Notes: generated from the sequence alone by a model not told the origin. A stretch of DNA of 64,000 nt from an uncultured virus (IMG/VR IMGVR_UViG_3300032334_001252) (IMGVR_UViG_3300032334_001252); one strand, 5' to 3'. Positions 33,056 to 43,521 are shown, counted from the stretch's first letter. Program-made: numbers and translations.

Positions 33056-34609
33056 TTAATATGTAGCCGCTGCTCTGTATACAACTGTAGCTTCGTTTTG
33101 AGCTGTAATATCGTACGCAGAACTTGCAGAACCTTGAGCAGTAAAGTTAATTGTTGTAGAAATAACTTGTGCAGTATTGATTTGTGGAATCTGTAACATA
33201 GCTGCTGGCATTTTTAACTCTACACCTGTTGGGTTAGAACTAGGTCCACCCATTTGTACATTTACTGAAAACTTAGGATCTACTGTTGTAGCTGCTCCAG
33301 CTAGTAAATCTGACAATAGTTTTCCAGCTTCATTAGTACCTGTTTTTAAATAAGCAGTTAAGTTACCAGTAATAGCACGAGTACCTGTAAAATAAGTAAT
33401 CGGATTATTAACTTGTGCTAAGTTGGCAGGAATCAAATATGTCAAGTTATTGTTAAAACTAATTTGACCGCCTGTTAATGCAATAGTATACTTTGTACCA
33501 GCACCACTTCCAGTAAGATTATCAATACCCGCATTAAGTACTAGTGTACTTAGTTTATTGGTAATATATTGTGCAGTAGTATTTTTAGCTTTAGCAAAGT
33601 CACTAGGTTCTGTTGTACTACCGTTGTTAACTGTTCCAACAGTAGCAATACTAGAAAGAGCAGGACTTCCAGTACCACCTGAAGCTATAGTAATATTAGG
33701 ATTAATATCTGTATTTGCAGTAGCTCCAGCAACAACAATTGCATTACTACCATCTACAGTACTAGTAAAATAGTTTGTTAATGTACCACTATAAGCACCT
33801 GTTAGTGTACCACCACCAGTTGTAGCACCGTTACTTAAATTAGCAAAAGCATTAGCTAATTGTACTGCAGTTGTTCCGGCAGTAGAAGTGTAGGTTAATC
33901 CACCAATTGTAAATGTTTGACCAGCAGTTAAACTGTTATTAAATGTAACTGTAACGTTTTCAGTAGTACCACCACTTAAAACATCTGCACCACCTATTGC
34001 AACAGGACTACTTGTATCTGCTGTAATATCTAATGGACGAATTGCAGAGCCTTTACCTGCCCATTGAATAGTACCAATTGCATCAATACCAAAATCAATA
34101 GTAGCAGTATTTAGTGCACAGTTATCTAGAACATATGCGCTATTATCAAAAATGATAATTAAACCAAAACTCTGTAACTGGTGTTTATTAGAATTTGTAA
34201 AAGCCATAGTAGCTGCACTACTAGTTTCTGACCAAGCTGCTGTAGCAGAACCAATAGGATTTGCAGAACCAAAAGCATTCCATAATAAACGCTCTTCACA
34301 AGTGATCTTGCTATTAGTAGTATCATTGAAAGGGCGCATATAAGTACTAAATGAAAAATCTAGTGCTTGTAATTGTGTGTTAAAGCTACGTTGGCCACGG
34401 CTTGGAGCAGCGCCTGCTTCATTTAGTGTAACTGTATCTTGAGTTGTATTTTGACTGAAAGTTAAACCTTCCAGAACTTGAATTTCAAAAGTATTGGTTT
34501 CTTTAAATGGAAATGCACCATTTTTAAGCGTACCAGCTCTTACTCTTCCATTGCCGTCAACGTTTGTAGTAAAGAATACTCTACTATTACGAATTAAATT
34601 AACTGCCAT
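33056..34609 (-). CDS. major tail tube protein (T5 pb6-like) with internal insertion
   Basis: RNSRVF, EIQVL...FSQ, EAG..P.RG..SFN, FSTYMRP and TGTRAI motifs. Confidence 0.85.
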   Translation of the reverse strand: MAVNLIRNSRVFFTTNVDGNGRVRAGTLKNGAFPFKETNTFEIQVLEGLTFSQNTTQDTVTLNEAGAAPSRGQRSFNTQLQALDFSFSTYMRPFNDTTNSKITCEERLLWNAFGSANPIGSATAAWSETSSAATMAFTNSNKHQLQSFGLIIIFDNSAYVLDNCALNTATIDFGIDAIGTIQWAGKGSAIRPLDITADTSSPVAIGGADVLSGGTTENVTVTFNNSLTAGQTFTIGGLTYTSTAGTTAVQLANAFANLSNGATTGGGTLTGAYSGTLTNYFTSTVDGSNAIVVAGATANTDINPNITIASGGTGSPALSSIATVGTVNNGSTTEPSDFAKAKNTTAQYITNKLSTLVLNAGIDNLTGSGAGTKYTIALTGGQISFNNNLTYLIPANLAQVNNPITYFTGTRAITGNLTAYLKTGTNEAGKLLSDLLAGAATTVDPKFSVNVQMGGPSSNPTGVELKMPAAMLQIPQINTAQVISTTINFTAQGSASSAYDITAQNEATVVYRAAATY

Positions 34610-34679
34610 TTCTTTTCCTTTTTAATTAGTAATGCTAGGCATACCTACTAGATATTTATCTGTTTCGATACCGATCACA

Positions 34680-35120
34680 TTATTGTAGTGCATATCGCAC
34701 CTGTAAGTTTATTTCACCAACTCCATAAGGACGTAATAGGCCTTCGTCTGTAGTGATAGTTGTAATCAGTATTTCTGTTGTTTGAAGATTATTAGTAGTG
34801 TCATAAACAAGTTGACGATTTGCGTCAATGCACGTGCTTATATCTTCAAGAAGTACTTCTAGTTCTTCTTGTGCTCGTTCTTCACTATTAACATACAGTT
34901 TAATACTAACATTCAATAGGCCCCAAATAAAACCAGATAGTTGATAATCTCTGGCTCCCATTCCTGCAGTTATATACACACTTGGAAAATCTTGCACTTC
35001 ATCCCAAAATTTCATTTTTGGATAGGCATTTCCGAATAAGTTAGTTGTGTATTGAACCCCATCTAATTGTTCATTTAATTTATTTGCAAGTGCTTTTACT
35101 ATACTAGCTCGTTTACTCAT
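34680..35120 (-). CDS. tail terminator protein (T5 p142-like)
   Basis: KFWDEVQDFP, TTDEGLL.PYGVGEI; gene position. Confidence 0.8.
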   Translation of the reverse strand: MSKRASIVKALANKLNEQLDGVQYTTNLFGNAYPKMKFWDEVQDFPSVYITAGMGARDYQLSGFIWGLLNVSIKLYVNSEERAQEELEVLLEDISTCIDANRQLVYDTTNNLQTTEILITTITTDEGLLRPYGVGEINLQVRYALQ

Positions 35121-36520
35121 ACTACTACGGCCCTTAATCTAGCTGCAACATTTTCTGTTACAATTTCTCTAATTGATTTGGCTATTAACAGTTTAGGATC
35201 TCTACTAGTAGGTTTTGACTGCCTTCCACCTTCGCTAAATGTTGCATAAGGATATTTCATATAATTATAAAAAGCAGTTATCATACCTTGCTTACTCATA
35301 GTTAATCGTTCAACTTTTGCAGAGCCAGCAAATCTTCCTGTTCTATAATTTAATATATCTTTACGTTCGCCAGAACCCATATTAGCACTAATTACATCTT
35401 GTAAATGTAAGTCTATTAACATTTTTAAGTTTAATAAATCTACATTTTGTTCGTATGTAGAAATACTAGAACTAGTTTGTGGTTTTGCAAATTTAGCTTC
35501 AATAGGCACGCCTGTACCTACTTCACCTTTATTACCAATAGTTTTTTTATCTGTAGAAATATTTCTAGCAGGATGTTTGGTTAACTTAGCTTTACCTGTT
35601 TTTAATGTACTAATTAAGGCCTGCTCAATATCTTGAAATATAGTATTAGAACCTTCTAAATCTAAAAACTTTCTGACATATTTTGGATCAGCTAAAAGTA
35701 TTGCTATATTTCTTACAAAATCTGTATATATTTTTGCTTCTATGGGATTGAACTCTTTTTGGTTAACATCTACAGTATGAATAGTTACTGTAACAAACTG
35801 TTCCCCAAATAAATTACCTACACCTTGTAGTAATTCAGGAGTAGTATTTCTTACTGTATATTCAAAATCAGCTTGAATCTCATTTAATTTATTAAGTGCA
35901 TATTTTGCTGCATCTATTGCATCAGTTCTTGCCCCACTAGCGTCTAATACATCTATTACTGCTCCAACTTTTTGTTGTAGTGGTGATATTAGTGAAGCTG
36001 TTGGATCTAAATCTAAGTCACTAGCAATATGGCCTATATTAAGTCGACTTAATTCAGTAACATCAAATTCACCAGGTATTACACGTTTTTTAGCATCCAG
36101 TTTTTGTTTTTTTATTTGTTTTACACCAAATTCTGTATCTACTAATCTAGGGTCTCTAACTACTTCTTTTAATAGTGTAGAAATAGGTCCCGCTGATTTT
36201 GCTAATAGTAGTTCTTGTCCTGGATTATTAACAAATATTAAATATGGTTTAGATCCTTGGAAATAATTTTTACCAATTTTTTCAATTGATTCAACTGTTC
36301 TGCCAGCTTTACTTTTAATTACTTCAATAAAAGTATCGTACAACTCATCAAAATTAAAAATTTGACCATCACGGTCATTAACACGTAAACTGGTTTTTGA
36401 TATGTCTACAACGTGTGGACGTTTATTTAAATCTTCTTCACGAAAATCTTTGCTTAATAACGCTTTAATCTCTGGATCAATTGAATTGATCAAATCTTTG
36501 AGAGTTATTTTTAGTGCCAT
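35117..36520 (-). CDS. tail completion protein (T5 p143-like C-terminus, long N-terminal extension)
   Basis: LNYRTGRFA.S...Y.YMKYPY..F...RDP..LI.KSIRE. Confidence 0.7.
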   Translation of the reverse strand: MALKITLKDLINSIDPEIKALLSKDFREEDLNKRPHVVDISKTSLRVNDRDGQIFNFDELYDTFIEVIKSKAGRTVESIEKIGKNYFQGSKPYLIFVNNPGQELLLAKSAGPISTLLKEVVRDPRLVDTEFGVKQIKKQKLDAKKRVIPGEFDVTELSRLNIGHIASDLDLDPTASLISPLQQKVGAVIDVLDASGARTDAIDAAKYALNKLNEIQADFEYTVRNTTPELLQGVGNLFGEQFVTVTIHTVDVNQKEFNPIEAKIYTDFVRNIAILLADPKYVRKFLDLEGSNTIFQDIEQALISTLKTGKAKLTKHPARNISTDKKTIGNKGEVGTGVPIEAKFAKPQTSSSISTYEQNVDLLNLKMLIDLHLQDVISANMGSGERKDILNYRTGRFAGSAKVERLTMSKQGMITAFYNYMKYPYATFSEGGRQSKPTSRDPKLLIAKSIREIVTENVAARLRAVVV

Positions 36521-37092
36521 TAGGTATAGTCCGCTGCATACATATCTAACACGCGTCTAATATGTGCTGGTAAACTGGTAGTAGAAATATACTCAATTTG
36601 CACAGTATTTGAACCAGGATTTTTTTGTGAGTGAACACTAGAATCATGTCTGCGATAATAAGTTACTAAATCATAGACTGCTAGTGTTAAATCTTGTGGT
36701 ACTGTTTCGTATCCTGCAAAGTAGGTTACTTTGTAACCATTAATTTGTTTTGTAAAACCAGTTGGATTTAGTGATAGAATTGAGTCACCATCCTGAACCC
36801 AATCTGTAAATTTTGTTAATTTAGTAAAAGTCTGGCCGTAATCAGCACTATATTGAACACTAGTTACATTAACTACTGGAGTTTCTTTTAGTAATAGTGT
36901 TGTAAACCCACCATGAAAAGTTTCTGTTTTAGCCTCATCGTAGTAATCTACAAATGTTCTGCGGCAGTAAGTTTTTACAAAATCAGATACTTTAGGAATT
37001 AGTAAATCAATTTCGGCATCCATGTTATTACTTGAGATGCCTATGTAGGACTTATAATTAGTCCTTGTAATTAAATTTGTTGCCATATACAC
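36520..37092 (-). CDS. head completion / head-tail connector (T5 p144-like)
   Basis: V.Y.AGY..VP.DL.LA; LP.HI.RVLD.Y. Confidence 0.8.
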   Translation of the reverse strand: MYMATNLITRTNYKSYIGISSNNMDAEIDLLIPKVSDFVKTYCRRTFVDYYDEAKTETFHGGFTTLLLKETPVVNVTSVQYSADYGQTFTKLTKFTDWVQDGDSILSLNPTGFTKQINGYKVTYFAGYETVPQDLTLAVYDLVTYYRRHDSSVHSQKNPGSNTVQIEYISTTSLPAHIRRVLDMYAADYT

Positions 37093-37131
37093 CTCACTTG
37101 TTTTATAAAAGCACTTGTGATACCTTTATAA

Positions 37132-37155
37132 AACAAGACCCCATTGGGGTCTTGT
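37132..37155. terminator. hairpin/terminator after capsid gene
   Basis: AACAAGACCCC-ATT-GGGGTCTTGTT with T-run on minus strand. Confidence 0.75.
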
Positions 37156-37172
37156 TAATACTCATCAACTGA

Positions 37173-39137
37173 TTAGGTTGCTGTGTACTTGTGTGCTGTA
37201 ACTGCGTTACCGTAGTTACTTGTAACACGTGTCATACCTGTACGTAGGCTAGCTACCATAACACGACGTTGTGTCTCTACCAACTCTTGTGTGTCGATAC
37301 GTAGACCGCGTTGGTTACCAACAATGAAGTTACCTGGGTTCAAGCAGATTGCACCAGCAACACCTGTACCTGGAGTAGCAAATTCACCAGAAACTAATAC
37401 TGGGCTACCACCGATTTGGCCAATTTGACCAGTTAGTAATGTAGCTTGTGTACCAACTTGGTTCATTGTTTGGAACACTGTGTCTTCTAGCAATTGGTAG
37501 TATGTATCGGTATTAACGATATAAATTACTTCTTGTGGATCTAGACCCCAAGTACCTAGGCCTTGGCGTAGAGTACGCATTTTAGCAACTGTCATACCAG
37601 CAGCAACTGTATTACCAGTAGCAGTAGTGTTAGAAGCCCAGTTAGACAATCCCTTAACAGGAACTGTAGCATCGCCAGCACCTAACAAGAAAGCTGCATC
37701 AACAGCGCGAGCAACACGACGAATCATGCCGTCACGGATGATTGGCATTAAAGCCAATAGTGAGTCTTCTTCTTCTTCGTAAGCTGTGTACTCGTTAGTA
37801 GCAACTTTATATGCATTCAAAGTAATTTCTTTGATAGCGTGTGTAGAATTTCCACCAGCAGAAGCGCCAGCAGTAGATGTACCAGGTGTACCTGCAACAG
37901 CACCAAAGTTGCTGTTAGCAACCCAAGTAGCAGTACCTGCTTCTGGATTAACTGGAATTGTCATTACGTTAGTTTGCATAGCAATGTTGCGGAAAATAGG
38001 AGCAACAACTAAACGACGACGAACTTCAGCTTCTAGATTTAAAGAAACTTCTGTTTCCCATGTAGCGCTAGGAACGTGATTGCCATACTTTTCGGCATAT
38101 TCGCGACCTGTACGTGTACCTTCGATAGATTTACCAGCCATTTTGGCTAACAAAACTGCCTTCTCTTTTTCAGCATAAGTCATTTCACCAGACTTAGTGT
38201 CAGTGAAAGTCATTTTAGATTTTGTGATTGCTTCGATTTCAGCAGCTTTATCTTTTAGAGCAGCTTCTAAACCAGCTAAAGCTGATTTGCTTTGCTCTGT
38301 TTGAGCTTCTAAACGCTTTTCTACTTCGGCTAACAAACGCTCAGCGCCTGTGTCGACAGTAGATACTTGTGCAGCAACGGCTGCTTTAACTTTAGCTTCG
38401 AACTCAGCTTGTGCTTTTTCAGCAGCAGCTTTTTGATCAGCGGCTTTAGTTTGAGCTTCGATAACAGCCTTGGCTGTAGATTCTGCGGCTTTAGCAGCAG
38501 TGTCTGCTAGCAATTGTTCTAATTGTTTTGGATCCATGATGTCCCATTCCTTTTTGATTTCGCTATTTGCTTCCGTTGAGGATTCTAGCCCTTTAGCTGA
38601 CTCGCTGTTGGGTGCAAATTGCAGTTTGAAAGATTTCAATTCTTCGGCATTGTCAAATGCTTTAGAAAGACTAAATAGAGTATTTTGATTTGCTGGCACT
38701 GACACTACTGAAATTTCATGTAGTTCCAATTCTTTTACTACGAACAGCTCTTGAGCTGCATTGTATTCCGCGTCTACGATTCGGAATCCGATACTAAATG
38801 CGGTTAGTACACCGTCTTTTACAAGATTGTACACTTCTTCTGCTGCGCTAGAAATTCTGGCTTTAATCCATAATCCTTTTGCATCAACTTTGTGTTCTAC
38901 CATTCGGCCAACTGGTTCACTATGGTCATGATAAGCTAAAATTACTGGATTTTTCAAGTAATTGGCAATACCTTTTTCCCACACACTGGCCGGCACTACA
39001 TCCCCTTGGCGATCTGCATCATTGGTACTTGCGTAACCAGTAATATAAACACTACCTTCTGGATCTGTACTTGCTGGTAGAGTATCACTCTTTGTAAAAG
39101 AACTGTTTAAAAACAGAACTTTATTTTTATCTACCAT
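37173..39137 (-). CDS. HK97-type prohead protease fused to major capsid protein (T5 pb11+pb8-like)
   Basis: GYAST..DR.GD, HDH..PVG, FSIGF, EISVVSVPAN, then coiled-coil delta domain and HK97 fold (GQIGGSPV). Confidence 0.92.
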   Translation of the reverse strand: MVDKNKVLFLNSSFTKSDTLPASTDPEGSVYITGYASTNDADRQGDVVPASVWEKGIANYLKNPVILAYHDHSEPVGRMVEHKVDAKGLWIKARISSAAEEVYNLVKDGVLTAFSIGFRIVDAEYNAAQELFVVKELELHEISVVSVPANQNTLFSLSKAFDNAEELKSFKLQFAPNSESAKGLESSTEANSEIKKEWDIMDPKQLEQLLADTAAKAAESTAKAVIEAQTKAADQKAAAEKAQAEFEAKVKAAVAAQVSTVDTGAERLLAEVEKRLEAQTEQSKSALAGLEAALKDKAAEIEAITKSKMTFTDTKSGEMTYAEKEKAVLLAKMAGKSIEGTRTGREYAEKYGNHVPSATWETEVSLNLEAEVRRRLVVAPIFRNIAMQTNVMTIPVNPEAGTATWVANSNFGAVAGTPGTSTAGASAGGNSTHAIKEITLNAYKVATNEYTAYEEEEDSLLALMPIIRDGMIRRVARAVDAAFLLGAGDATVPVKGLSNWASNTTATGNTVAAGMTVAKMRTLRQGLGTWGLDPQEVIYIVNTDTYYQLLEDTVFQTMNQVGTQATLLTGQIGQIGGSPVLVSGEFATPGTGVAGAICLNPGNFIVGNQRGLRIDTQELVETQRRVMVASLRTGMTRVTSNYGNAVTAHKYTAT

Positions 39138-39146
39138 AATTTTCCT

Positions 39147-40346
39147 TTATTGCTGAGTGTCCTGTGGTTTTTTACCTTGCGGTCTTCCACCTTGTGACGG
39201 ATCAGCGGCCGAACCTGCAATATTTGCAGGGATTCTTATTTCGTCATGGCCTGTCATTTCAGGATAACGTAATTCTATTCTTGCTTCATTAGCAGTAATA
39301 ATTCCTGCATTAACTAGAGTGGAGTAATATGCAGCTTTGTCTTTTAGTTCTGGTTGTAGTGCTGAAACATTGCTTGTAACTGCTTCTATATCATATCCGT
39401 AATAACGTTCTAATGCAGATACAAATTTTCTTACAACTGGAAGTACTGTTTCTAGATAAAATAATCGTAAATTAGGCGAGATATTAGCATTGTTGCCACC
39501 TTGCAATAAGATGGGTGGAACACCAATAACTTGCATAATCATTTCATTATGTACTTTAATAGACTCGTTAAAGTCCATTTCTTTAAAATTAGTATCTGAA
39601 ACCGATGCTGGTTTAAGACCACTATCTAAAATTACTGGGCGCTTACCGCCTTGTTTAGAGCTGTATTTTTGTAACCAGTATTGTATTGTTTTTTCTTTAG
39701 CGACTTGTGATAGTGTATTGTCACTCGTTAGTACTAAACCAAACACAGCACCATTTTCAAAGTACTGTTCTTGAAATTGTAACATTGAGTAAAGTGTATT
39801 AATAGTTTTTTGTGCGGGTTCTAATCGTGAACTACCACGATAAATAGATTGACTATTGAGATCACGGAAGTGAAACACTTCCTGTTCAGGAAAAACGACT
39901 ATGCCGTTATATCTGTAACCTTGAATAAATGTCTTAACGTCTGTTAAGATTTCTACATTGATCGCAGGCAAGTGGTACATAAATGTACCATCAAAATGAA
40001 TAAATACGTTACCTTCTAAAATCAAGTCCTGAAAGATAGCTTGACGAAATTCTTGGATTGATTGGTAAGGGTTTGGTCTAAAATTTAATAAGTTGACCAG
40101 TGTTTTTTGACGTATGCCGCCAACGATACCTTCGTTGGTCTTATCTTTAACGTCATAGTCCATGCTACTGCATGCCGACACCAGCATGTTAACCGAACGA
40201 TTAACTGCTTCTAATTTTTTAAATGCTTGCTGATAGGTAATTGTACTAGTAGTAGTTACAAACGTACCTTCAGACTGTGCAATTCTGGCCTGTGCTGGAT
40301 TTAGTTTTGTTACTAACCAGTCACGCGAATCTGTAATCCAACTCAT
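39147..40346 (-). CDS. portal protein (T5 pb7-like)
   Basis: LLN.RPNPYQ, LEGN, GVPPILL, ITANEAR, RIPANIAGSA. Confidence 0.93.
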   Translation of the reverse strand: MSWITDSRDWLVTKLNPAQARIAQSEGTFVTTTSTITYQQAFKKLEAVNRSVNMLVSACSSMDYDVKDKTNEGIVGGIRQKTLVNLLNFRPNPYQSIQEFRQAIFQDLILEGNVFIHFDGTFMYHLPAINVEILTDVKTFIQGYRYNGIVVFPEQEVFHFRDLNSQSIYRGSSRLEPAQKTINTLYSMLQFQEQYFENGAVFGLVLTSDNTLSQVAKEKTIQYWLQKYSSKQGGKRPVILDSGLKPASVSDTNFKEMDFNESIKVHNEMIMQVIGVPPILLQGGNNANISPNLRLFYLETVLPVVRKFVSALERYYGYDIEAVTSNVSALQPELKDKAAYYSTLVNAGIITANEARIELRYPEMTGHDEIRIPANIAGSAADPSQGGRPQGKKPQDTQQ

Positions 40347-40354
40347 AATTTATC

Positions 40355-40789
40355 CTAAATAAATTGGCTAAAAAATGAACCACTACTCGTCTTAGGAATT
40401 TCACGACTACCACCATCCGCAATTTTTTGGCGTTGCAGTTCTATCCAACGAACTTGCTTTTGTTCACTACCAGTTTGGGGCGTCTTACCATAAACACCAT
40501 GAAGCTGAACATGATGGCGATTACATAGGGTGTAAACTTGATCATATAACTCCGATTTGTGCGTATCAATAAACTCGTCACGAACTGCCAGGATGCCATC
40601 ATCAGTTGAAATATCATAGTTCATCTTTGCTGCCCAAGTGTTTACCAGGGTAGTGATGGAGTGAGTATGATGTAATTCCAATTCTTGATTAGTATTGCAG
40701 ATATAGCAGTGATCTTGCTTTTCGTAAGCAGACTTGGCTCTATCTCTTATCCATTTAACTGCTATACGCTTATTGGTATTTGCAGCCAT
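40355..40789 (-). CDS. HNH nicking endonuclease (T5 SciA-like)
   Basis: CYIC...LELHH...TLC..HH..LH; located between terminase and portal as in T5. Confidence 0.75.
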   Translation of the reverse strand: MAANTNKRIAVKWIRDRAKSAYEKQDHCYICNTNQELELHHTHSITTLVNTWAAKMNYDISTDDGILAVRDEFIDTHKSELYDQVYTLCNRHHVQLHGVYGKTPQTGSEQKQVRWIELQRQKIADGGSREIPKTSSGSFFSQFI

Positions 40790-40790
40790 G

Positions 40791-41231
40791 TTACTTTAAT
40801 GTACTACGCAGCATCCAGCTGTGTTTTTTGTGAGCATCTTGGCGGTCAGCCAAAAAGTTTGAGAATCCGTGATCGCCAAACTGTTCGGCAATTACAAATG
40901 CTTGCTTAAATAATTCAGCTAAATCATCGCTATCTCCCAACAATTCTTGGGCCATAGCAGTAGGTTGTGGTACCTGATCTTGTCCCTGAACAGTACTCAA
41001 ACTATTCAAAATACCGAGCGAGGCAGGTGTGTAGCTGCGAAGGGCGCGAAGCTCTTCAGCAAAGGTGTCAATTGACTCGTAAACTTCAGTATAGATACGC
41101 TCAAAAATTAAGTGAAACTCGTAAAAGTCAGGACCTTCAACGTTCCAGTGAAAGTTAGCAGCTTTTAAATAGAAGGCAAACTCTGAAGCAAACAAAGTTT
41201 GCATTGTCTTTATGTACTGATCTTGATCCAT
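40791..41231 (-). CDS. dps: Dps / ferritin-like DNA protection protein
   Basis: FHWNVEG..F...H..FE..Y....D..AE; H.K..WML. Confidence 0.92.
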   Translation of the reverse strand: MDQDQYIKTMQTLFASEFAFYLKAANFHWNVEGPDFYEFHLIFERIYTEVYESIDTFAEELRALRSYTPASLGILNSLSTVQGQDQVPQPTAMAQELLGDSDDLAELFKQAFVIAEQFGDHGFSNFLADRQDAHKKHSWMLRSTLK

Positions 41232-41278
41232 TTTTTTATCCTGTGGTTTATTTTAAAACCTATATGTGCATTACAAGT

Positions 41279-41307
41279 ATTATACTACAAGAGGATAAAA
41301 TTGTCAA
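41279..41307 (-). promoter_or_regulatory. sigma70 promoter (TTGACA-17-TATAAT) upstream of dps/head operon
   Basis: Perfect consensus with A/T-rich UP element. Confidence 0.85.
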
Positions 41308-41325
41308 TGTAAAAATTTTATTACC

Positions 41326-42612
41326 CTAAATTGTATAAGTGTATAGTGCATAACGAACCGCATCAGCCATGTGACTGTAACGATCATGCAGTGGTCGTTC
41401 GCGCTGTAAGTTCTCGCGATCATCCCAACGGTACTGATCAAACATTGCACGCACGTTAGTACAGTGTGGTGCTACCTTTAAACGACCTTGTTGCACTAAG
41501 GTTTGTACGTATGCAATACCTGGTAATACATCTTTTTTGGCTTTGGTGGTTGAAATGTTGTATAGGTAGGCTAAATCACTGGCAAATTGTGCGGCAGCAC
41601 TATCTATAAACGTAACTTCAACTCCATGTTTATTATTAAACTCTGCGAACGCTTCAGCGTGCTGTTGTGTAGTTTGTTCTGCTTTTAGGTATTCGTCTAC
41701 TACATAGAATGTATCGCGACCCCAGTCGTATACAATTACCACAAATGCAGTTTCGTCACGATAGCCTGGATCACAGCCAGCAATAGCTTCACCTTTCAAG
41801 TCGTCAGGAGGTTCTACTACATCCGATTCGTTAAGGGCATAAATTTGACCCTCAAATGTAGTGAACGATGCCAAGTACTCTTGTTCAAATTCAGCTTTTG
41901 ACATAGATCTGCGTGCTTCAGCCACATCCGATTCTGCCATGCGGGTGTTTTCGGTGTAGTCTGCCTGCAATGAAATCCACTCAGGAAAGTTGGGATCAAA
42001 GCCGCGATTCCAAAACTGCGAAAACCAGTTGTTGCGGCCGCGGGGGGTACTGATGAATATGGCCTTGGCGTTTGGCTTGTCCAATGTAGGTCTGAGCGCA
42101 ACATTAAAGGCAGCTTCACCACCTTCACCCAATGCGGCCTCGTCAAATATAATTAAGTCGTAACTGCGTCCTACAGTAGAGTCCACTGTGCTTAGTGAGC
42201 CCATGCGGATGGTAGAACCATTTTCCAGTTCAATAATTTTGTCCTTTAAGTTGTCTCTGGCAACTTCCAAATCAAAATGCTTGATTAGCTTACGCTGCAG
42301 TTCAAACGAAATGCTGCTCAAATTGTAATTTGGAGAAATGATTAGTACATTCGAGCCAGGTACAAGTGTTACCAGCTGCCCAATAATATTAGCAATGTAA
42401 GTTTTGCCCAATCGTCTGGCGAGTGCAGCACAGATAAACCTGTATTTAGGATCATTAACTGCGTTGATCAATGCAACTTGTGGGCGATTAATGGTATCCC
42501 ATACATTGAGCAGTTTAAGATAGTTTGTGATGGGCAGCTTAATAAACCGCTGTTGAGGGTCGAAGTCAACTATAGTGTCTACATTGACGTCTGGTCTTGA
42601 TACTACTAGCAT
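41326..42612 (-). CDS. terL: terminase large subunit
   Basis: ARRLGKT Walker A, IIFDEAA Walker B, ISTPRG, DPG, H.ADA.RYA. Confidence 0.96.
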   Translation of the reverse strand: MLVVSRPDVNVDTIVDFDPQQRFIKLPITNYLKLLNVWDTINRPQVALINAVNDPKYRFICAALARRLGKTYIANIIGQLVTLVPGSNVLIISPNYNLSSISFELQRKLIKHFDLEVARDNLKDKIIELENGSTIRMGSLSTVDSTVGRSYDLIIFDEAALGEGGEAAFNVALRPTLDKPNAKAIFISTPRGRNNWFSQFWNRGFDPNFPEWISLQADYTENTRMAESDVAEARRSMSKAEFEQEYLASFTTFEGQIYALNESDVVEPPDDLKGEAIAGCDPGYRDETAFVVIVYDWGRDTFYVVDEYLKAEQTTQQHAEAFAEFNNKHGVEVTFIDSAAAQFASDLAYLYNISTTKAKKDVLPGIAYVQTLVQQGRLKVAPHCTNVRAMFDQYRWDDRENLQRERPLHDRYSHMADAVRYALYTYTI

Positions 42613-42893
42613 TATTTAGTACAGGTTCTTTCACGATAAATTTTACCGTCAGGTTGTTGGATTTCAGTCCAAGCTGTACACGTTTCTTGAGGCACTGTTT
42701 GCTGAATAACGATAGGTTGTGATGGTTTAGTAGCTTCATAAACTACTACACCTCCAACGATTGCTGGAACCATCCAATACCAACGATCACCTTGATAACG
42801 CCAGTGTGGTCCTTGAAATCCATGGTGGTGATAGTGTTGTGCAAAGGCTAGTGTGGGGAATAGTGCTAATACTAATAATAACTTTTTCATCAT
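42612..42893 (-). CDS. exported small protein with signal peptide
   Basis: MKKLLLVLAL..AFA signal, His-rich segment, Cys pair. Confidence 0.6.
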   Translation of the reverse strand: MMKKLLLVLALFPTLAFAQHYHHHGFQGPHWRYQGDRWYWMVPAIVGGVVVYEATKPSQPIVIQQTVPQETCTAWTEIQQPDGKIYRERTCTK

Positions 42894-43363
42894 ACGCCTT
42901 CTCCACTAATTAATTGTTGTACCAACTTACCATACTTGCTACCTTCTAATCCCTCATTGATCTGAACGTTAACTTGCTTTTGTGGTCCAGTTTGGGTGCG
43001 TGCTTTTTCTAGTTGGATTTCTCTATCCAACAAGTCCATAGACATTTTATGTGACATTTGCAGCAATTCTGCAATGTCTTTAGTAGAACCCATTTGTGAT
43101 TCTTCTAGTTCTTGAAATTTTTGTTTAATGAGAGCATCCATTGCTCTGCGCATAAGAAATCTGTTATTGTATCCCGAATCAAAAAATACACTATCAATGT
43201 ATCCTTTAACTTCGCGTTTAGCTAAAATGTTGGTAACAACTTCTGGGTCAATTCCCAGTTCGTCGGCAACTTGTCTAGCATCATTCAATTGTAGATAAGC
43301 ATTGGCTACTTCCAGTGCCTCGGGAGAAATACGTACAGTTTCGGCTGGTAGGTGTGTAGTCAT
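42890..43363 (-). CDS. terS: terminase small subunit (T5-like)
   Basis: ISPEALEVA.AYL HTH, REVK.YID.VF.D.GY; upstream of terL. Confidence 0.8.
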   Translation of the reverse strand: MTTHLPAETVRISPEALEVANAYLQLNDARQVADELGIDPEVVTNILAKREVKGYIDSVFFDSGYNNRFLMRRAMDALIKQKFQELEESQMGSTKDIAELLQMSHKMSMDLLDREIQLEKARTQTGPQKQVNVQINEGLEGSKYGKLVQQLISGEGV

Positions 43364-43521
43364 AAGTCCATCCTTTTTATAGAGTATATCAGGTTAGGGA
43401 AAGTTTTGCAAGTGTAGATTTTGGCACCTTTAGTGTTTGGGGATTTTTCTTATAGGCCACGTGACGGGGGGCCACCGTGACAGTTAGAAATCAGTAGTCT
43501 AATAACCGCCCTGGTGGTCCG

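Noticed and set aside
5042..41158. Many plus-strand and alternate-frame short ORFs over the late genes
   Set aside because: Shadow ORFs of well-supported minus-strand genes with biased codon usage
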